Of a stretch of DNA of 64,000 bases, positions 1 through 13,500 are shown in pieces. Location: assembly GCA_977017645.1 (NCBI GenBank), contig OZ360228.1:8804001-8868000 (forward strand). The letters are read 5' to 3'. Position 1 is the stretch's first letter; every line of letters begins with the position of its first letter. A program made the position numbers and the translations under genes. The notes under the pieces were generated by a model. It did no database searches and was not told where the DNA came from. It saw nothing but the letters and a program-made list of their open reading frames with translations. Source of the DNA: Torpedo marmorata (Eukaryota).

Positions 1-2189
1 TTTCAAAAAATGCCGGCTCATCGTGAATTAGATTTTTTAATCACTTCTGTTACCTATTTGTGACTGTACTGGTCCTGCCTTGACTCTCATTAGCGGTCTG
101 CTGTTTCCATTCTTTTACTATTTTGAATGCAGAAGAGGAGAGTAGATTCATAATGAATGATCACACGTTTGCCTATATTCAAATCATTACTCAATTTATT
201 AATATCTCTGTGTAATTTAATGTTTCCATTGACATGGTTCAACATGATATGTATCCTTTGGTTATAAGCAAACTTGGATGTGTGACACTCCATCCTGTAA
301 TCCAATATTGGGAATAGTTACGGCCCTGACACACCCTTGTGTGGGTGGCATCGCTGGTCGGGTTCTGCCAAGTTGAGGACTTGCCTCCCAGTTGGGTCAA
401 TAAATTGCCTTGAATCCATGGGCTTCACTTTGAGCTGGAACTGTTTTGTACCGGACTCTATCAAAACCCTTCCAGAAGCCCATATAAATAACATTCATAT
501 AAATAAACCTCCTAACCCATACTTCTGTCAGCTCTTCAAAATAAAATCCATGAGTACTAATGTTACTTTGGTTCTCATCCTCAGCATGATACTTTTCTTT
601 CCCCTATCCTTCCCAGTTCACACTTAGATTGTTGAGGCCTACTTGTTTGAGGTCAAGTGGGACACTTAACATGTACTGCCTGATTTATCTGTGTGGACAC
701 TGATCAACATCAACTTTAAGCCAAGTTAACAAAAGACAGCAGGCAATGACAGCCACAGGAATACATCCAACCAGATTTGGTGACTAACTGGTAAAAACTT
801 AATGAAGAGCACTGTTTTTCTAAATAAGGCCTTTCTCAAAGCCTGCTTCGGGGTGCAGTGCATAGATGTTTTGAGATGTGGCATGTGGTGCATGTGGCAT
901 GAGTGAGAAGATGACCCTGTGGTTCTCCATGATGTCTAATCATGTGCCAAATAGTGTCATACAGCAGGAAAGCTGGCCCTTTGGCCAGTGGGTCTGTACT
1001 TACCACCATTTATGCTCATCCAACACAAATCCCATTTTGTACTCCCAAATTCTGTGGAGTCGTGAGGGACTGGAATCGGTGCTGCACCAGCTTCCAGTCG
1101 CTTGCTGTACCTTGAAATTTAGATTCTTGATCAGTCATACAACAAGGCAACATGCCATTCAATCCATCAAATCTGCACCAATTATCAATATGAAATTAAA
1201 CCAGAAACTCTGCAGATGCTGGGGTCCAGTGCAATACACAGACGTGCTGGAGAAACTCGCCAGGATACGCACATCCATACTGGATAGAACCATAGAACAT
1301 TACTGCACAGAAAACAGGCCCTTTCGCCCTTCTAGTCTGTGCCAAACTATTATCCTGCCTTGTCCCACTGACCTGCACCCAGTCTATAGCCCTCCATACC
1401 CCTCCCATCCATGTACCTGTCCAAATTTTTCTTAAATGTGAAAAATGAACCTGCATTAACCACTTCAGCTGGCAGCTTGTTCCACACTCCCATTACTCTT
1501 TGTGTGAAGAAATTCCCCCTTGTGTTTACCTCTAAACTTTCCCCCTTTCACCCTTGACCCAGGTCCTCTGGCTTGTATCTCTGGATAACCAATATATACA
1601 TGACAAAGGGCCCAGGCCTGAAATGTTAGTTACCCTTTACTCCCGATGTATGCTGTGTGACCGGCTGAGCTTCCCCTGCACATTTGTATATTGCGTTGTC
1701 TATCAATAACCCATTTGCATTTTATCTATGTTCCTTTATATTTTCATCAACTCACCCTAGGTTTTGCCACTCGGCTACAAACTAAGGGAAATTTGCAGTT
1801 GCCAATTATCCTGCCAAACTTCGTCTTCAGAATTTTGGTGGCAACCCATGTGGGCACAAGGAGAACCTGGAAACTCCACACAGACAGCACTGGAGGTCAG
1901 GATTGAACCTGAGCTACTGGAAATGTAAGGCTGTGGCTTTATGACCCGGGCCTTTGTGCCAGCCTTAAAATTGCTTTTGGACTCTTGGCAGCAGTGATGG
2001 GTACAGAATCAGCCTCTTGGTCTCACCAGCCTTGGTGATGCCTCAGAGGTGGTGGCAGAGTCAGGAGCTTATGAGAATACTCGACTCCAGACCTTTGTAA
2101 AAGCATCAGGATAAACATGGCCAGGTAAAGATCCTGCTGATTCATTCACTGGGAGCATTGCTTAAATTGGGCTCAAAGGATTGTGGGGG

Positions 2190-2474
2190 ACCCTTTCCAT
2201 CCAGCACGGGAGTCTCTTTGGACAACTACCATTAAGAAAAAGGTACAGGAGCATCAAAATCAGGACTGCCAGGCTGGGAAATAGTTTCTTCCTGCATGCT
2301 GTGAGATTAATGAATAGTATCCTGTATCTGAGTAAATCATTCCAAAATACTTTTATCTATTTATTTTCAATTATATCTTTATGTATATATGTAATTATGT
2401 GCTGTGTATGTGTGTGTACTGTGGTCTGGAGAAATGTTGTTTCATCTGGTTGAATATGATAATAAACTTGAACT
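2190..2474 (+). mobile_element. Degenerate Rex1/Babar 3' end
   Basis: LPLRKRYRSIKIRTARLGNSFFLHAVRLMNS followed by aataaacttgaact tail. Confidence 0.7.
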
Positions 2475-5400
2475 AGTTCCTCAGCTGATGAATCGGTGCT
2501 CCAAGTTGGAAGAGATTTCAAATTTATTGTCAGAGTACATACATGACGTAACAAGAAGTCCTGAAAGCAGGACAGGCACTAATGTCCATGACCACCACTA
2601 AAGGTGACTTGTTAGCTCTGTTACTGAGCAAGTCCTGAATGATGTAGCTAGTACATTGGGCTTGCAGAGGTGTGAGAAAGCATACTCGAGGGAGAAAGCC
2701 CCTTCACTGTATCCTCACTGATTATTCTGCCTCGAATGTATCTCTCAACGATGGCAATGGTGTGACTACAATCAATCCTCCTGTTCACAATGAAGCTCCC
2801 TCCATCCTTTCATGTGATCCACCCATTGTGCGAATTGAGCTTCACAAAAGAGAAACCATGAGTTACTTTAGCAATATCTACAACATACCTTGAAGTATAT
2901 TCATCCCTGTAACATTGCAAACACAATTGTCAATCTCTTCACACCAGACTCCCACAGCAACCGTGTGAAAATGACCCAGTTATTTGTTTGAGGAATATTG
3001 AATGAGGGGCAAATATTGGCCAAGTTATGGGGGTAACACTCCTTAACTTTTTAATGAAATAATGCAACAAGATCTTTCATATCCATCTAAATGTGCAGAT
3101 GTGGCTTTGCATGAACATCTCCTGGGGAAGGTAGCTCCTTCTCCTCTTCCTTCAGCACTGTACTAGAGTGTTAGCTTAACTTTTACTGTTTCTATCTCTG
3201 GGGAGGGATTTGAACCCAGAGGTGAGAGAGATGTGATGGAGCTCAGCCGGCGCTGCCTTGGCCAGGACTACCCAGCAGATGGTTTGGTTTGGCTTCTGAC
3301 CGAGGGAATCTTGGGCCAGTTCAATTAGTTCTGTATGATAAAATACTTGTCGGAGTCAAGTACAACGTGACCTATGAATCCCAACAGCACCTTGAATAAG
3401 ACGTGGGATCCAGAAGTACCACCTTTAGACAAGGTGTTCCATTACAACTCCAAGGCTGACAATTCCATGACAAAGTTTTTTAAAAAATGCCCAGAAATGT
3501 TCCACTTAATAAAAGCAAAAACTCAGCTGGTGAACTGTCTTTCAGTTGGCGTACTCAATCATCAGCAAAGTCTCAGATGGTGTCCTAAATGGTGCTCTCA
3601 AGTGACATTCAGAAAATGTCTGATAACTGATGCCCACCAGGGCAACTTGGCTCCAGTCCTCATTCCAATTTTGCTCCAAATATGGATGAAATATCAGAAT
3701 TCCAAAACTGAGGTCTGAGTGACTGTTATTAGTATGACTGAGTGTGACATTGAGGAACTCTGGTACAAGTGAAACTGGTGGAAATTGAGGTTGTATTTAT
3801 TGTCTTCCTACTTCAGAAAGAAGGGAGTAAGAAAACAATAAGACCACTTGGCTGATCTTTAGAAGAGTGCACGTTGGTATCTGTAATTAAGGAAGTGATA
3901 AAAGGGCATTCAGGAAATAAGAGCAAGTCCACGTGGATTATAAATAGGAAATGTTTGATTAAATTTTGTGTAGCATAGAAAATAAAGAACCAGTTAACAT
4001 GGTCTATCTGGACTTTCAGGATGCGTTCAATACAAATGTTGTAGCCATAGCTTGCATGAGGAAAGATGATTGTGTGGGAGTTGGAGGTCAGTCAGTTCAA
4101 CCCTACTATGTAATGGAAACCCCCTGATCAGCGCCCTGCACCCAACTCCCTTCACCTGTTCATCAGCTACTTCCTTTCATCGTAACACTGAAGCAAGAAT
4201 CTTCACTGAACATAAGAAATGGAAGCAGCAGTGGTCCATTCAGCCCCTCCCATCTGATACGCTAGTCAATAAGGTGACTTTAAAAAAAATTTCAGAACCA
4301 CTTTCCTGCTTTAACCCCAAACTCCTTGGTTTCCTGAATATCTAAAGACCTATGATCTCTGTTGTGAATACACTAAGCTTCCACAACCTTGGATAGAGAT
4401 TTCCAAAGAAGCATTCCGTCTGGATGAAGAAATTTCTTCTCATTTCATTCCTGAATAGCTGTCCCCTTTGCTTGACAATAACCCCTGGATTTAGATGTAC
4501 CACCCAGGGATACAAAAACTTTGCACTTATCCTGTCAAAACTATGTGTGTTTCAATGAGATCTCCAATCGTTCTTCTACATCCAAGATTGCAGACAGCCA
4601 GTCTTGTTCTCTTGCAATACATCAAATGCACCATCCCACGAATCAATCTGCTGAGCCTTCACTGTGCTCCTGCTATTGCAAGCTTATCTTTCCTCTGTAG
4701 GACCACAAGACCTATACACAATATTGGTGCACATGCTGAAAGTCTGTGTAATTGGAGTAAGGCAGATCCCCACAGACCACGATCAGTTCCATTTTTCTAA
4801 CTCAAAGATAACCTCTTTCTTCCTGATACATCTGCAGAAAATGTTGGAAGCTCTCAACGGGTCAGGCTGCATCTGTGGAAAGAGAAGCTGCCAATGTTTC
4901 AGGTCAAATACCTTTCATCAGAACTGGGAAAGAGTTAGTTTTCAGTGGGAGAGAAGACTGGGGAGGGATGTCGGACAAAGGAAATGACTGTGATAGGATT
5001 AGTTGGAGTAACTTAATGGTGGTCAGGCAGCAACGGAGGAAAAAGAAACAGTCAATGTTTTGATATTCCTACTTTTATTTCTATCTATTAATACATGGCA
5101 GTATATAACTCCCAATAATGTGTGCGCTAATTTTATTTAGGTGGGTGGGTGAGGTCTGGGCCTGATGTCCCGCTCACCCAGGGAAAGTGCTCGTGTAATA
5201 CATCGCCTCTCCTTTCTCGGTGTAGTGATCGCCGCGTGGCCACTGTCTGGCTTGCCAGGCAGGAGGTCACTGCAAATGGCCTCTCCTACATTACTGCGTC
5301 CGTAGCAACACCTTCTCGTGGTGTCCCCCGTTTTCACTGAGTTTGCTACGTCATGGCACTCTAAGTATAACTTTACTCCCCTATCTATCTGATGCACTAC

Positions 5401-5625
5401 AGCTTGACTGCCATCAAATACATGGCAGAAGCTCTTTAATGTGTTTTTTTTTCCGGAAGTAATTTGACACTCCTCCCTCTGCCTCCCTCGAAGCACAAGG
5501 GCAGCAGATGCATAGGCACATTTGCAAAAAGTTGTTCATTTCCTCCTTCATCGTTGGATCCAAATCCTGTGGGTGCTCAGCAGGGCAGTTGCAAAACGAC
5601 CACCCATGAACTGCTGAAGTATAGT

Positions 5626-6990
5626 AATCAGAATCAGAATTTATTGTCATGAACATGTCATGAGATTTGTTGTTTTGCGGCAACATCACAGTGCAAACAT
5701 TTATATAAAGCACCTTAAAAAATAAAAAAAATAGTGCAAGAAAAAGTCAAAGTAAGGCAGTGTCTGTGGTTCATTGATTATTCAGGAATCTGATGGCAGA
5801 GGGAAAGAAGCTGTCCTTGTGCTGCTGAGTGCTCGTCTTCAGGCTCCTGCACTTTTTTCCCGATGGTAGCAGAGTAGAGGGTGGTGGGGATCTTTGAGGA
5901 TAGAGGCTGCTTTCTTAAGACTCTGCCTCTTATAGATGTCCTCGATAGAGTGAAGACTCATGCCCATGATGTCTCAGGCCATGTTAACAGCCCTCTGGAT
6001 TTTTTTCTTGTCCTGAGGGTTGGCACCTCCGTACCAGACAGTGATGCAGCCAGCCAGAATGCTCTCCACAATACACCTGTAGAAGTTTTCGAGTCTTCCG
6101 TGACATACCGAATCTCCTCAAACTCCTCGCAAAGTATAGCGGCTGGCGAGCCGCCTTCGTGATTGCGTCAACATGGAGGCTTCAGGACAGATTCTCGGAG
6201 ATGTTGACACCCAGGAATTTGAAGTTCTTGACCCTCTCCACTGCTGAGCCCTGGATGAAGACTGGTTCGTGTTCTCCTGAATTCCTCCTGAAGTCCACAA
6301 CTATCTCCTTGGTTTTGCTAACGTTGAGTGCAAGGTTGTTGGTGTAACACCACTCAACTAGCTGAACTATTTCCCTCCTGTACGCTTCCTCATTGCCGTT
6401 TGTGATTCTGCCGACAACCATGGTGTCATCAGCAAATTTGTAGATAGCATTGGAATTGTGCCTGGCCACACAGTCATGGGTGTATAGTGAGTAGAGCAGT
6501 GGGCTAAGCACGCATCCTTGTGGTGCGCCTGTGTTGATCGTCAGTGAACAGGAGACGTTGTTTCCAATTCATACTGACTGTGGTCTTCCGATGAGGAAGT
6601 CAAGGATCCAGATGCAGATGGGAGTGCAGAGGCCCAGGGTTTGGAGCTTTTTGACCAGCACTGAGGGAATAATGGTGTTGAAGGCCGAACTGTAGTCGAT
6701 GAAGAGCGGCCGTATGTATGAGTTGCTGTTTTCGAGGTGTTCCAGAGCTGAGTGGAGAGCCAGCGATATTGCATCTGCTGTGGAGCGATTATGACGATAG
6801 GCAAATTGCAGTGGGTCCAGATCTTTGCTTAGGTATGTGTTAATTCTGGCCATGACCAACCTCTCAAAGCATTTCATCACAGTAGATGTTTGTGTTACTG
6901 GGCGATAGTCGTTGAGGCAGCTCACTCTGCTCTTGGGCTCCGGGATGATTGATGCCCTTTTGAAGCAGGTGGAACCTCCGACTGCAGCAG
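5626..6990 (-). mobile_element. 5'-truncated Rex1/Babar-type LINE (RT C-terminal half, 3' UTR, (CTGATT)n tail)
   Basis: Minus-strand ORFs CLNDYRPV...[14 protein letters not shown]...GRPQSV and LSPLLYSLYTHDC...KFADDT; tail aataaattctgattctgatt. Confidence 0.9.
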
Positions 6991-7062
6991 TGTGAGATTA
7001 AAAATAAAAATGGCACATCATTTATCTTTTCCAGCATAATTAATGCTTGAGAATAAATGCTA

Positions 7063-7206
7063 CAATGAACCAAAGACACTGCCTTACTTTTCGTGCACTT
7101 TTATTTTATTTATTTTTATAAGGTGGTTTCTATGAATGTTTGCACTGTGATGCTGCCACAAAACACTGAATTTCATGACTTGTTCATGACAATAAATTCT
7201 GATTCT
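7063..7206 (+). mobile_element. Rex1/Babar 3' UTR fragment, same family as 5626-6990, inverted
   Basis: caatgaaccaaagacactgcc...gacaataaattctgattct, approximately the reverse complement of 5626-5775. Confidence 0.8.
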
Positions 7207-9290
7207 CTTCTAACAACTCCCACTTGCATTTGTAAATTGGGGGATTTTAAGGAGGAGATTGATAGGTATCTGATTGGTCAGGGGAATAAAGGGATATGGG
7301 GAAAAGGCTGGAAATTGGAATTAGATGTGAGAACAGTTTAGCTCTGGGTGGAGTTGCGGAACAGACTCGACGGGCCAAATGGCCTACTTCTGTTCCTTGA
7401 TCTTGTGAAATAAAGCTTTGGCCTTTGGCCAAAATTATTGAGACTTTCCACCTTTTGCATCCGGGTCTGATGTGGTAGTCCAATTGATTGAGTCATCACG
7501 GCAGAGATAACACTCTATTGTATCATGTTACTGCCAGGGTATTGAAGGGGAAATTGATGGACCTTCACCTTTTGTTTTAATCCTATCTTGCAGTGCCTTA
7601 TTCACCATCCAGCCACTATATAGTGCAGATGAAACTTTTTGAGTTGAGGCTCGGTCTATCTTCTCAGTCGGTTATAGATCCCATAATGCTTTTCAAAGGT
7701 GAGTGGCAGATTTCACTGCAGTGTTCCAGGAAATATTTTTACTTCAGCTTGGAGGTTATTTGGTGATTATCACTTTACTCTTTGTGGCATTTGCTGTGCT
7801 CATATAGGCTGCTCATATTTCATAACTTACAGAACTGACTGACCTTCAAAGACATTTCACTGGCTTTTGGCAGGTTCAAAGACAATAAAATGTCACGTAC
7901 TTGACAACATGCATTTAAAATGGGGGGTGGTGAGGTTTTCTTTTACACAGAGTGGTGGATGCCGATAATGGACATTCAACATCAGATTTGGTGTTTGTTG
8001 CTTTGAAGTATTTTCAGATCATAACCCTCATAAACCCTCAGCCTTGGGCATTGGAGTTTGTTCTGTTTTGGTGTGGTCCGAGTTTTTTTTTTTATAGCTT
8101 TAAGTAGTTTGTGGGATATGTGGCAGTTCATCCCGCAGACCAACAACGTGATACTGTCAGGGTAATCTGTTTGAAGGAATATTTCAGTTTTGTGCGATTT
8201 ATTCCTGCCCACCCGAGAGGGTAGATGAGACTTTGTTTAAATGTCCCTCTGGACAGTACTGCAGCTTAGACCTTCCGCTCAAGAACCTTACTCCAGAATT
8301 GCTGCATCTGAACTCTGGACACAGCTAGAATTTGTAAATGCATAATTGATTTTTTAAAAATTGTACTGACAGAAGATGTGCACTGCTGTGAACAGTTTCA
8401 TTCTTTGAGATGTGTATTAATTGTATTCTCTACTTTCTTGGCAGATTTGTTTTTGGCTATTTTGATCTTTACTTGAGAATTTCTTCTCTAAACCCTTCTG
8501 TCTCAAAATAAAGGAAAAGCTCTGAATCAGGGTTTTAACCAGAAATGTCGATGGTCCATTTCCCTGCTTGGCTGCTGTCTGACCTGCTGTGTCCCTCCAC
8601 CAGTTTGATTTATTTTGCTCTAGATTCCAACATCTGCAGTCCCTTGTGTCTTCTGTTTAAAACCTACTGCTTTGGCAAATTTCCTGGTGACCTGACATTA
8701 AATTGTTGCATGCACAAAAGTGTTAGTTAATTATGGGCTTGTGATGACCCTTCAGATGATTCACCTCAGTAAAAATGAGGGCATTGGCAAGTTGCTTCTC
8801 TTGCCCAAATCAGCATATCCTCCCACCACTGATGCCTTCTTAATGCCATCAGAACCCAAGTAAATCTGCAAAATGGTAAAATAGGCCACACTGCTTTGTT
8901 GTGATTCCATTTCTAAAAAGGGCTTAAAGGACTAAGGATGCAAGTTTGTGTCGAGAATGATTTAGTACTAGTAACACTTGTACAAATCCCACTGAACAAA
9001 GTTTGGAAATCCTATTAAGCAAGTCTGATTAAATTTAGCTGGCATCAGGAAATTAAGATATGAAACTAACTGGAATGTCATAAAACCTAGTCAGCTCACG
9101 AATGTCCTTTATTGAAGGGAACCTGTGTGTACAAGTGATTTGAGTGCCACTCTCTGTAATTAACTCACTGCCCTTGAGGCAGTGAAAAATGTAGCAGTAA
9201 ATATTTCCTTCCCATTCTCAATCTAATTGATTTGAACACGAGGAAAGCCTCTCCTCTTCGTCAATTAATGAATAACCAGGTTTTCTTTAA

Positions 9291-9640
9291 GCAGCATGGT
9301 GATGCAGCTAGTAGAGCTGCTACTTCACAGCTCCAGTGACCTGGGTTTGAACCTGAACTTGGGGCTCCAGCGACCTGTGTTTGAATCTGATCTTGGGTTT
9401 GTACGCTCTCCCTGTGACTCCCTCTGGGTGCTCCGGTTTCCTCCCACGTCCCAAAAGTGTGTGGGTTGGGAGGTTAATTGGCCATGTAAATTGCCCCTAG
9501 TGTGTAGGTGAGTGGTGGAATATGGGCGGAGGGGAAATTGATGGGAATGTGGGGTGAATAAGTTAGAGGGGAAATGAGTGGGGATATAGGATTGCTTTGT
9601 AAACTAGTATAGATTTGATGGATCAAATGGCCTCTTACTT
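9291..9640 (+). mobile_element. tRNA-derived V-SINE (HE1-like)
   Basis: Degenerate A/B-box head plus core ctctgggtgctccggtttcctcccac...ttaattggccatgtaaattgcccctagtgt. Related copies at about 1740-1960(-), 14940-15165(+), 20040-20360(+), 28470-28670(-), 30033-30230(+), 42120-42390(-), 46250-46530(-) and 61960-62350(-). Confidence 0.75.
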
Positions 9641-11059
9641 GAATGGAAATATGGATTCCCTTCATTCTTGGAAGCTCCATAATGTTGATTGTTAAAATAG
9701 GCTGGACTGCTTTGTTGTGATTCCATTTCTGCAAAGGGATCATGGGAATAAGGATGCAAGTTTTGATACTGGTGACACTTGTATGAATCCCACTAAATGA
9801 AGATGGGAAATGCCATTTTGTAAGTCTGACTAAATTTGGCTGGCGCCGGGAAAGTAACTGGAATGCCATAAAACCTAGTCAGCTGGTGAATGTCCTTCAT
9901 TGAGGGGGAACCTGCTGATTTAGTCTACCTGTGTGTACAGGTGATGCACTTAATGGTGAAGTTATTGGATTAGGAGCCAGAGTTCTGGCCCACTGATCCA
10001 GAGACATGTTCAAGCCCCACCGTGGCAACTGGGGAATTTAAATTTAAGTAATACAATCTGGAATAAAAATAAGATAATCTTAATAACAGTGAGCATGAAG
10101 CTATTGGGATTGTGGGGAAGAACCCCATCTTGTTCATTGATGCTGTTCAAGAGAGAAAAGCTGTCATCTTTACCTGGACTACAGACTGCAGTGGCTTGCT
10201 CTTAACTGCCTCAATGCAGTCACTCTCAGAGTGGGCAATAAATGTAGGAAATACCCAGACACCCAAAGCCACTTGCTCTTCCACATACTACATATCCCTC
10301 CATCAAGGCTACTGTAAATTGTCCTCGTGTGTAGAAATAATCCAGGTGAAGCTGATAGGAACAGGCAGAGAACAGGTTACAGGGAACCTGTATTTGAGCT
10401 TTCCTTTTCTCAGTTAGGAACATATGGGGGAGATACCTGTAGTGTCTTGTCCTTGAATGAAAAGGTGAAACATGTAAGAGAACCCTCTTCCCCAAAGCTC
10501 CCGTGAATTTGTTAAAGTTCCAACCATTGTGAAGTGACGAGTGTGGATTTGTGTGAAGACATTTGAACAGATGCATGGAGAAGAAAGAGGGATATGGGCT
10601 ATGCTAGGATTAGCTTGGGTACACAACTTGGTTGGCATGGACGAGTTTGGCCGAATGGTCTGTTTCTGGGCTGTAAATCTGATTCTGTGACTCTAACATC
10701 TTTAATGTACACCAGCGAGCTTTGGGAGCAATCATCTTGACACAGTTTGATTGTGAGCCAAAAGTGGAGATGATTAGGTAAGCTGATTAAATGCTTTTCA
10801 AAGAGGAATGTTTAAGGAGTAAGAACAAGTTAGAGAGCATTAGCAATGGTATTCCTTGGCTTGGGTCCTGATCAGCTCATGTCCACCATGGGTGATGGAC
10901 AAAATGCTGGAGCTTAGGGCTTGGAGGAATGGTAGAACACGAGTGGGTGGTGGTGAATTGCAGCAGTCTGGGAATGAGAATTTTGTATTTGGGACCATGA
11001 GCCAATGTAAGCCTGAGAGTACAGAACAAGGTAACGGGTGTGATAACTTCAAGCTTATC

Positions 11060-11760
11060 GAGGTCGAGTGAAAAGGTTTCTTTTGCATGCTATCTTGCAA
11101 CCCTCGTGCAAGTACAGCAAATAGAACACAGTACAGAGTTACAGAGAGAGATCAGTTAGAATGGAGCTGGTTCATCTTTACTGTGAGGTTCGCTCAGGAG
11201 TCCGATGATCAGCTGGAAAGAAACTCCTTGAATCTAGTGGTGTGTGATTTCATACTCGTGAATCTTCTTCCTGGCAGAAGGAGGGAGAAGAGAGTGTGGC
11301 TGGGTGGAATGAGTCCATTAATTTGTTGGCTATGCAGCATCTATAGGAAGGAAAGGATAACCAACATGGGTTACCCTTTACTTCCTATGGATGCTACATG
11401 ACCTGCTGAGTTTCTGCAGCACTTTTGTGTATTGCACTACAACCCCAGCGTCTGCAGACTTTCCTGTTTAACTTAATGTATTGGCTGCCTTTCTGAAGTG
11501 GTGGGAAGTGCAGATGGAGTCGATGGAGGTTTGTGTGATGGTCCGAGCTATGCTCACTGCTCTCCGCAGTTTCTTGCGGTCTTGGGTGGAGCAGTTCCAA
11601 TATAACACGGGATACTTTCGATGGCGCACCTGTAAAAGTTGTTGAGGGATGCAGGGGGCTTGCCGAATTTCCTCTGGCTTCTGAGGAAGTAGAGGCGTTG
11701 GTGCGCTTTCTTGGGTGTCATGGCAATGTGGTTGGACCAGGATGGGTCGTTTGAGATGTT
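11060..11760 (-). mobile_element. Old Rex1/Babar 3' fragment interrupted by a Penelope-derived short repeat (about 11335-11470)
   Basis: Degenerate ...ctgaggaagtagaggcgttggtgcgctttc... region typical of the Rex RT C-terminus on the minus strand. Confidence 0.6.
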
Positions 11761-12313
11761 TAAGGAATCAGGGAGGAGGTGGGCTGGTAATGAGGGATGG
11801 GTAGATGTGAGTAGTTAATCTTTTCCTAACTAATTTCAAGAACTAAATGGTTTGTATAGATTAACGCTTGGTCTTATCCTCCTTGATAAATCCCTTCTCA
11901 TTCACCTGCTCCCCTCCCAGCTGGAAGAGGATCCCACCTGTTGTTTCCAGCACTTACGTTTGTCCTGTCTTTGCAAGCCCTGTGGATGTCCAGCCCTGGG
12001 GATTATCAGGAGTGGGGAGGTGAGCCTTAACCTTCCTTCCCCCACCATAATCCTGAAGTAATCCTCCTAAATGGAACAACAGAAAATGGGTTAAGGAGAT
12101 CACAGCAGGGCTTTAATGAAGGATATGTTTCTGTGTCGTGTCAGAGACAAGGTGAACTGCAACTTCAACAGTTTAAAGGGTGCCAAGAAAATGTTCTTTA
12201 GTCTCTGTCAGCAGTGGCTATGACAGAGTTAGAGTTTTGAATTGGAGCCAGGAGCCAATGTTAGCCACACAGCGCAGTGATGACAGAACAACACTGAGTA
12301 AGCGGTGTGATGA

Positions 12314-12933
12314 GAAGTCGGGAGAAGGGTTGGTTGGTGGTGAGGGACAGGTGGGTATGAGAAGTCGGGAGAAGGGTTGGTTGGTGGTGAGGGACAGGTG
12401 GGTATGGGAAGTCGGGAGAAGGGTTGGTTGGTGGTGAGGGACAGGTGGGTATGGGAAGTCGGGAGAAGGGTTGGTTGGTGGTGAGGGACAGGTGGGTATG
12501 GGAAGTCGGGAGAAGGGTTGGTTGGTGGTGAGGGACAGGTGGGTATGGGAAGTCGGGAGAAGGGTTGGTTGGTGGTGAGGGACAGGTGGGTATGGGAAGT
12601 TGGGAGAAGGGTTGGTTGGTGGTGAGGGACAGGTGGGTATGGGAAGTCGGGAGAAGGGTTGGTTGGTGGTGAGGGACAGGTGGGTATGGGAAGTCGGGAG
12701 AAGGGTTGGTTGGTGGTGAGGGACAGGTGGGTATGGGAAGTCGGGAGAAGGGTTGGTTGGTGGTGAGGGACAGGTGGGTATGGGAAGTCGGGAGAAGGGT
12801 TGGTTGGTGGTGAGGGACAGGTGGGTATGGGAAGTCGGGAGAAGGGTTGGTTGGTGGTGAGGGACAGGTGGGTATGGGAAGTCGGGAGAAGGGTTGGTTG
12901 GTGGTGAGGGACAGGTGGGTATGGGAAGTTGGG
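12314..12933. repeat. G-rich minisatellite, 47-bp unit x13 plus a partial copy
   Basis: Unit gaagtcgggagaagggttggttggtggtgagggacaggtgggtatgg with near-perfect copies; source of the spurious ORFs 12218-13033 and 12229-12948. Confidence 0.97.
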
Positions 12934-13009
12934 CTGGAAGTTGATCACTCAGCACCAAAGGATCGAATAGTGAAGTCCCACTTTGGTGAGCGTTGGTGGA
13001 GTGTTTGAA

Positions 13010-13500
13010 TCGTAGAAAACAGGAGAAGACCATTCAGCCCTTCGAGCCTGCACCACGATTCAACACAATCATGGTTGATCATATGACATCAGTACCCTAT
13101 TCCTGCTTTCTCTCCAATCCCTTAATCCCTTTAGCCATAAGGGCCACATCCAACTCCCTTTTGAATATATCTAATGAACTCTCCTCAACAACTTTCTGTG
13201 GTAGGGAGTTCCACAAGTTTACAACTCTCTGAGTGAAGACATTTCTCTTCATCTCAGCCCTAAATGGCTTGATATTATCCTTGGACTGTAAGCCCTTGTT
13301 CTGGACTTCCCCAACATCTGGAACATTCTTCTTGCATCTAACCTGTCCAGTACTGTCAGCGTTTTGTACGTTTCAACGAGATCCCCTTGCATTCTTCTAA
13401 ATTCCAATAATTGCCAGTCTATCCAGATTTTCTTCATATGTCAGTCCTGCCATTCCACGAATCAATCTGGTGAACCTCTCCTGCACTCCCTCAGTAGCAA
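13010..13500 (-). mobile_element. CR1 LINE 3' fragment
   Basis: Minus-strand LEFRRMQGDLVETYKTLTVLDRLDARRMF...SRTR, a CR1 ORF2 C-terminus. Confidence 0.8.

Noticed and set aside
878-1435. 185-aa ORF and the many other 60-190 aa ORFs outside the listed features
   Set aside because: They show no domain signatures, overlap repeats, often use non-ATG starts, and are expected by chance in intronic DNA.
9291-9365. tRNA genes at SINE heads
   Set aside because: Degenerate A/B boxes run straight into the V-SINE core, and no cloverleaf can be formed.
12218-13033. Long Pro/Thr/His-rich ORFs, and CRISPR-like periodicity
   Set aside because: These are translations of a 47-bp tandem repeat. Units are contiguous with no unique spacers, and the context is eukaryotic.
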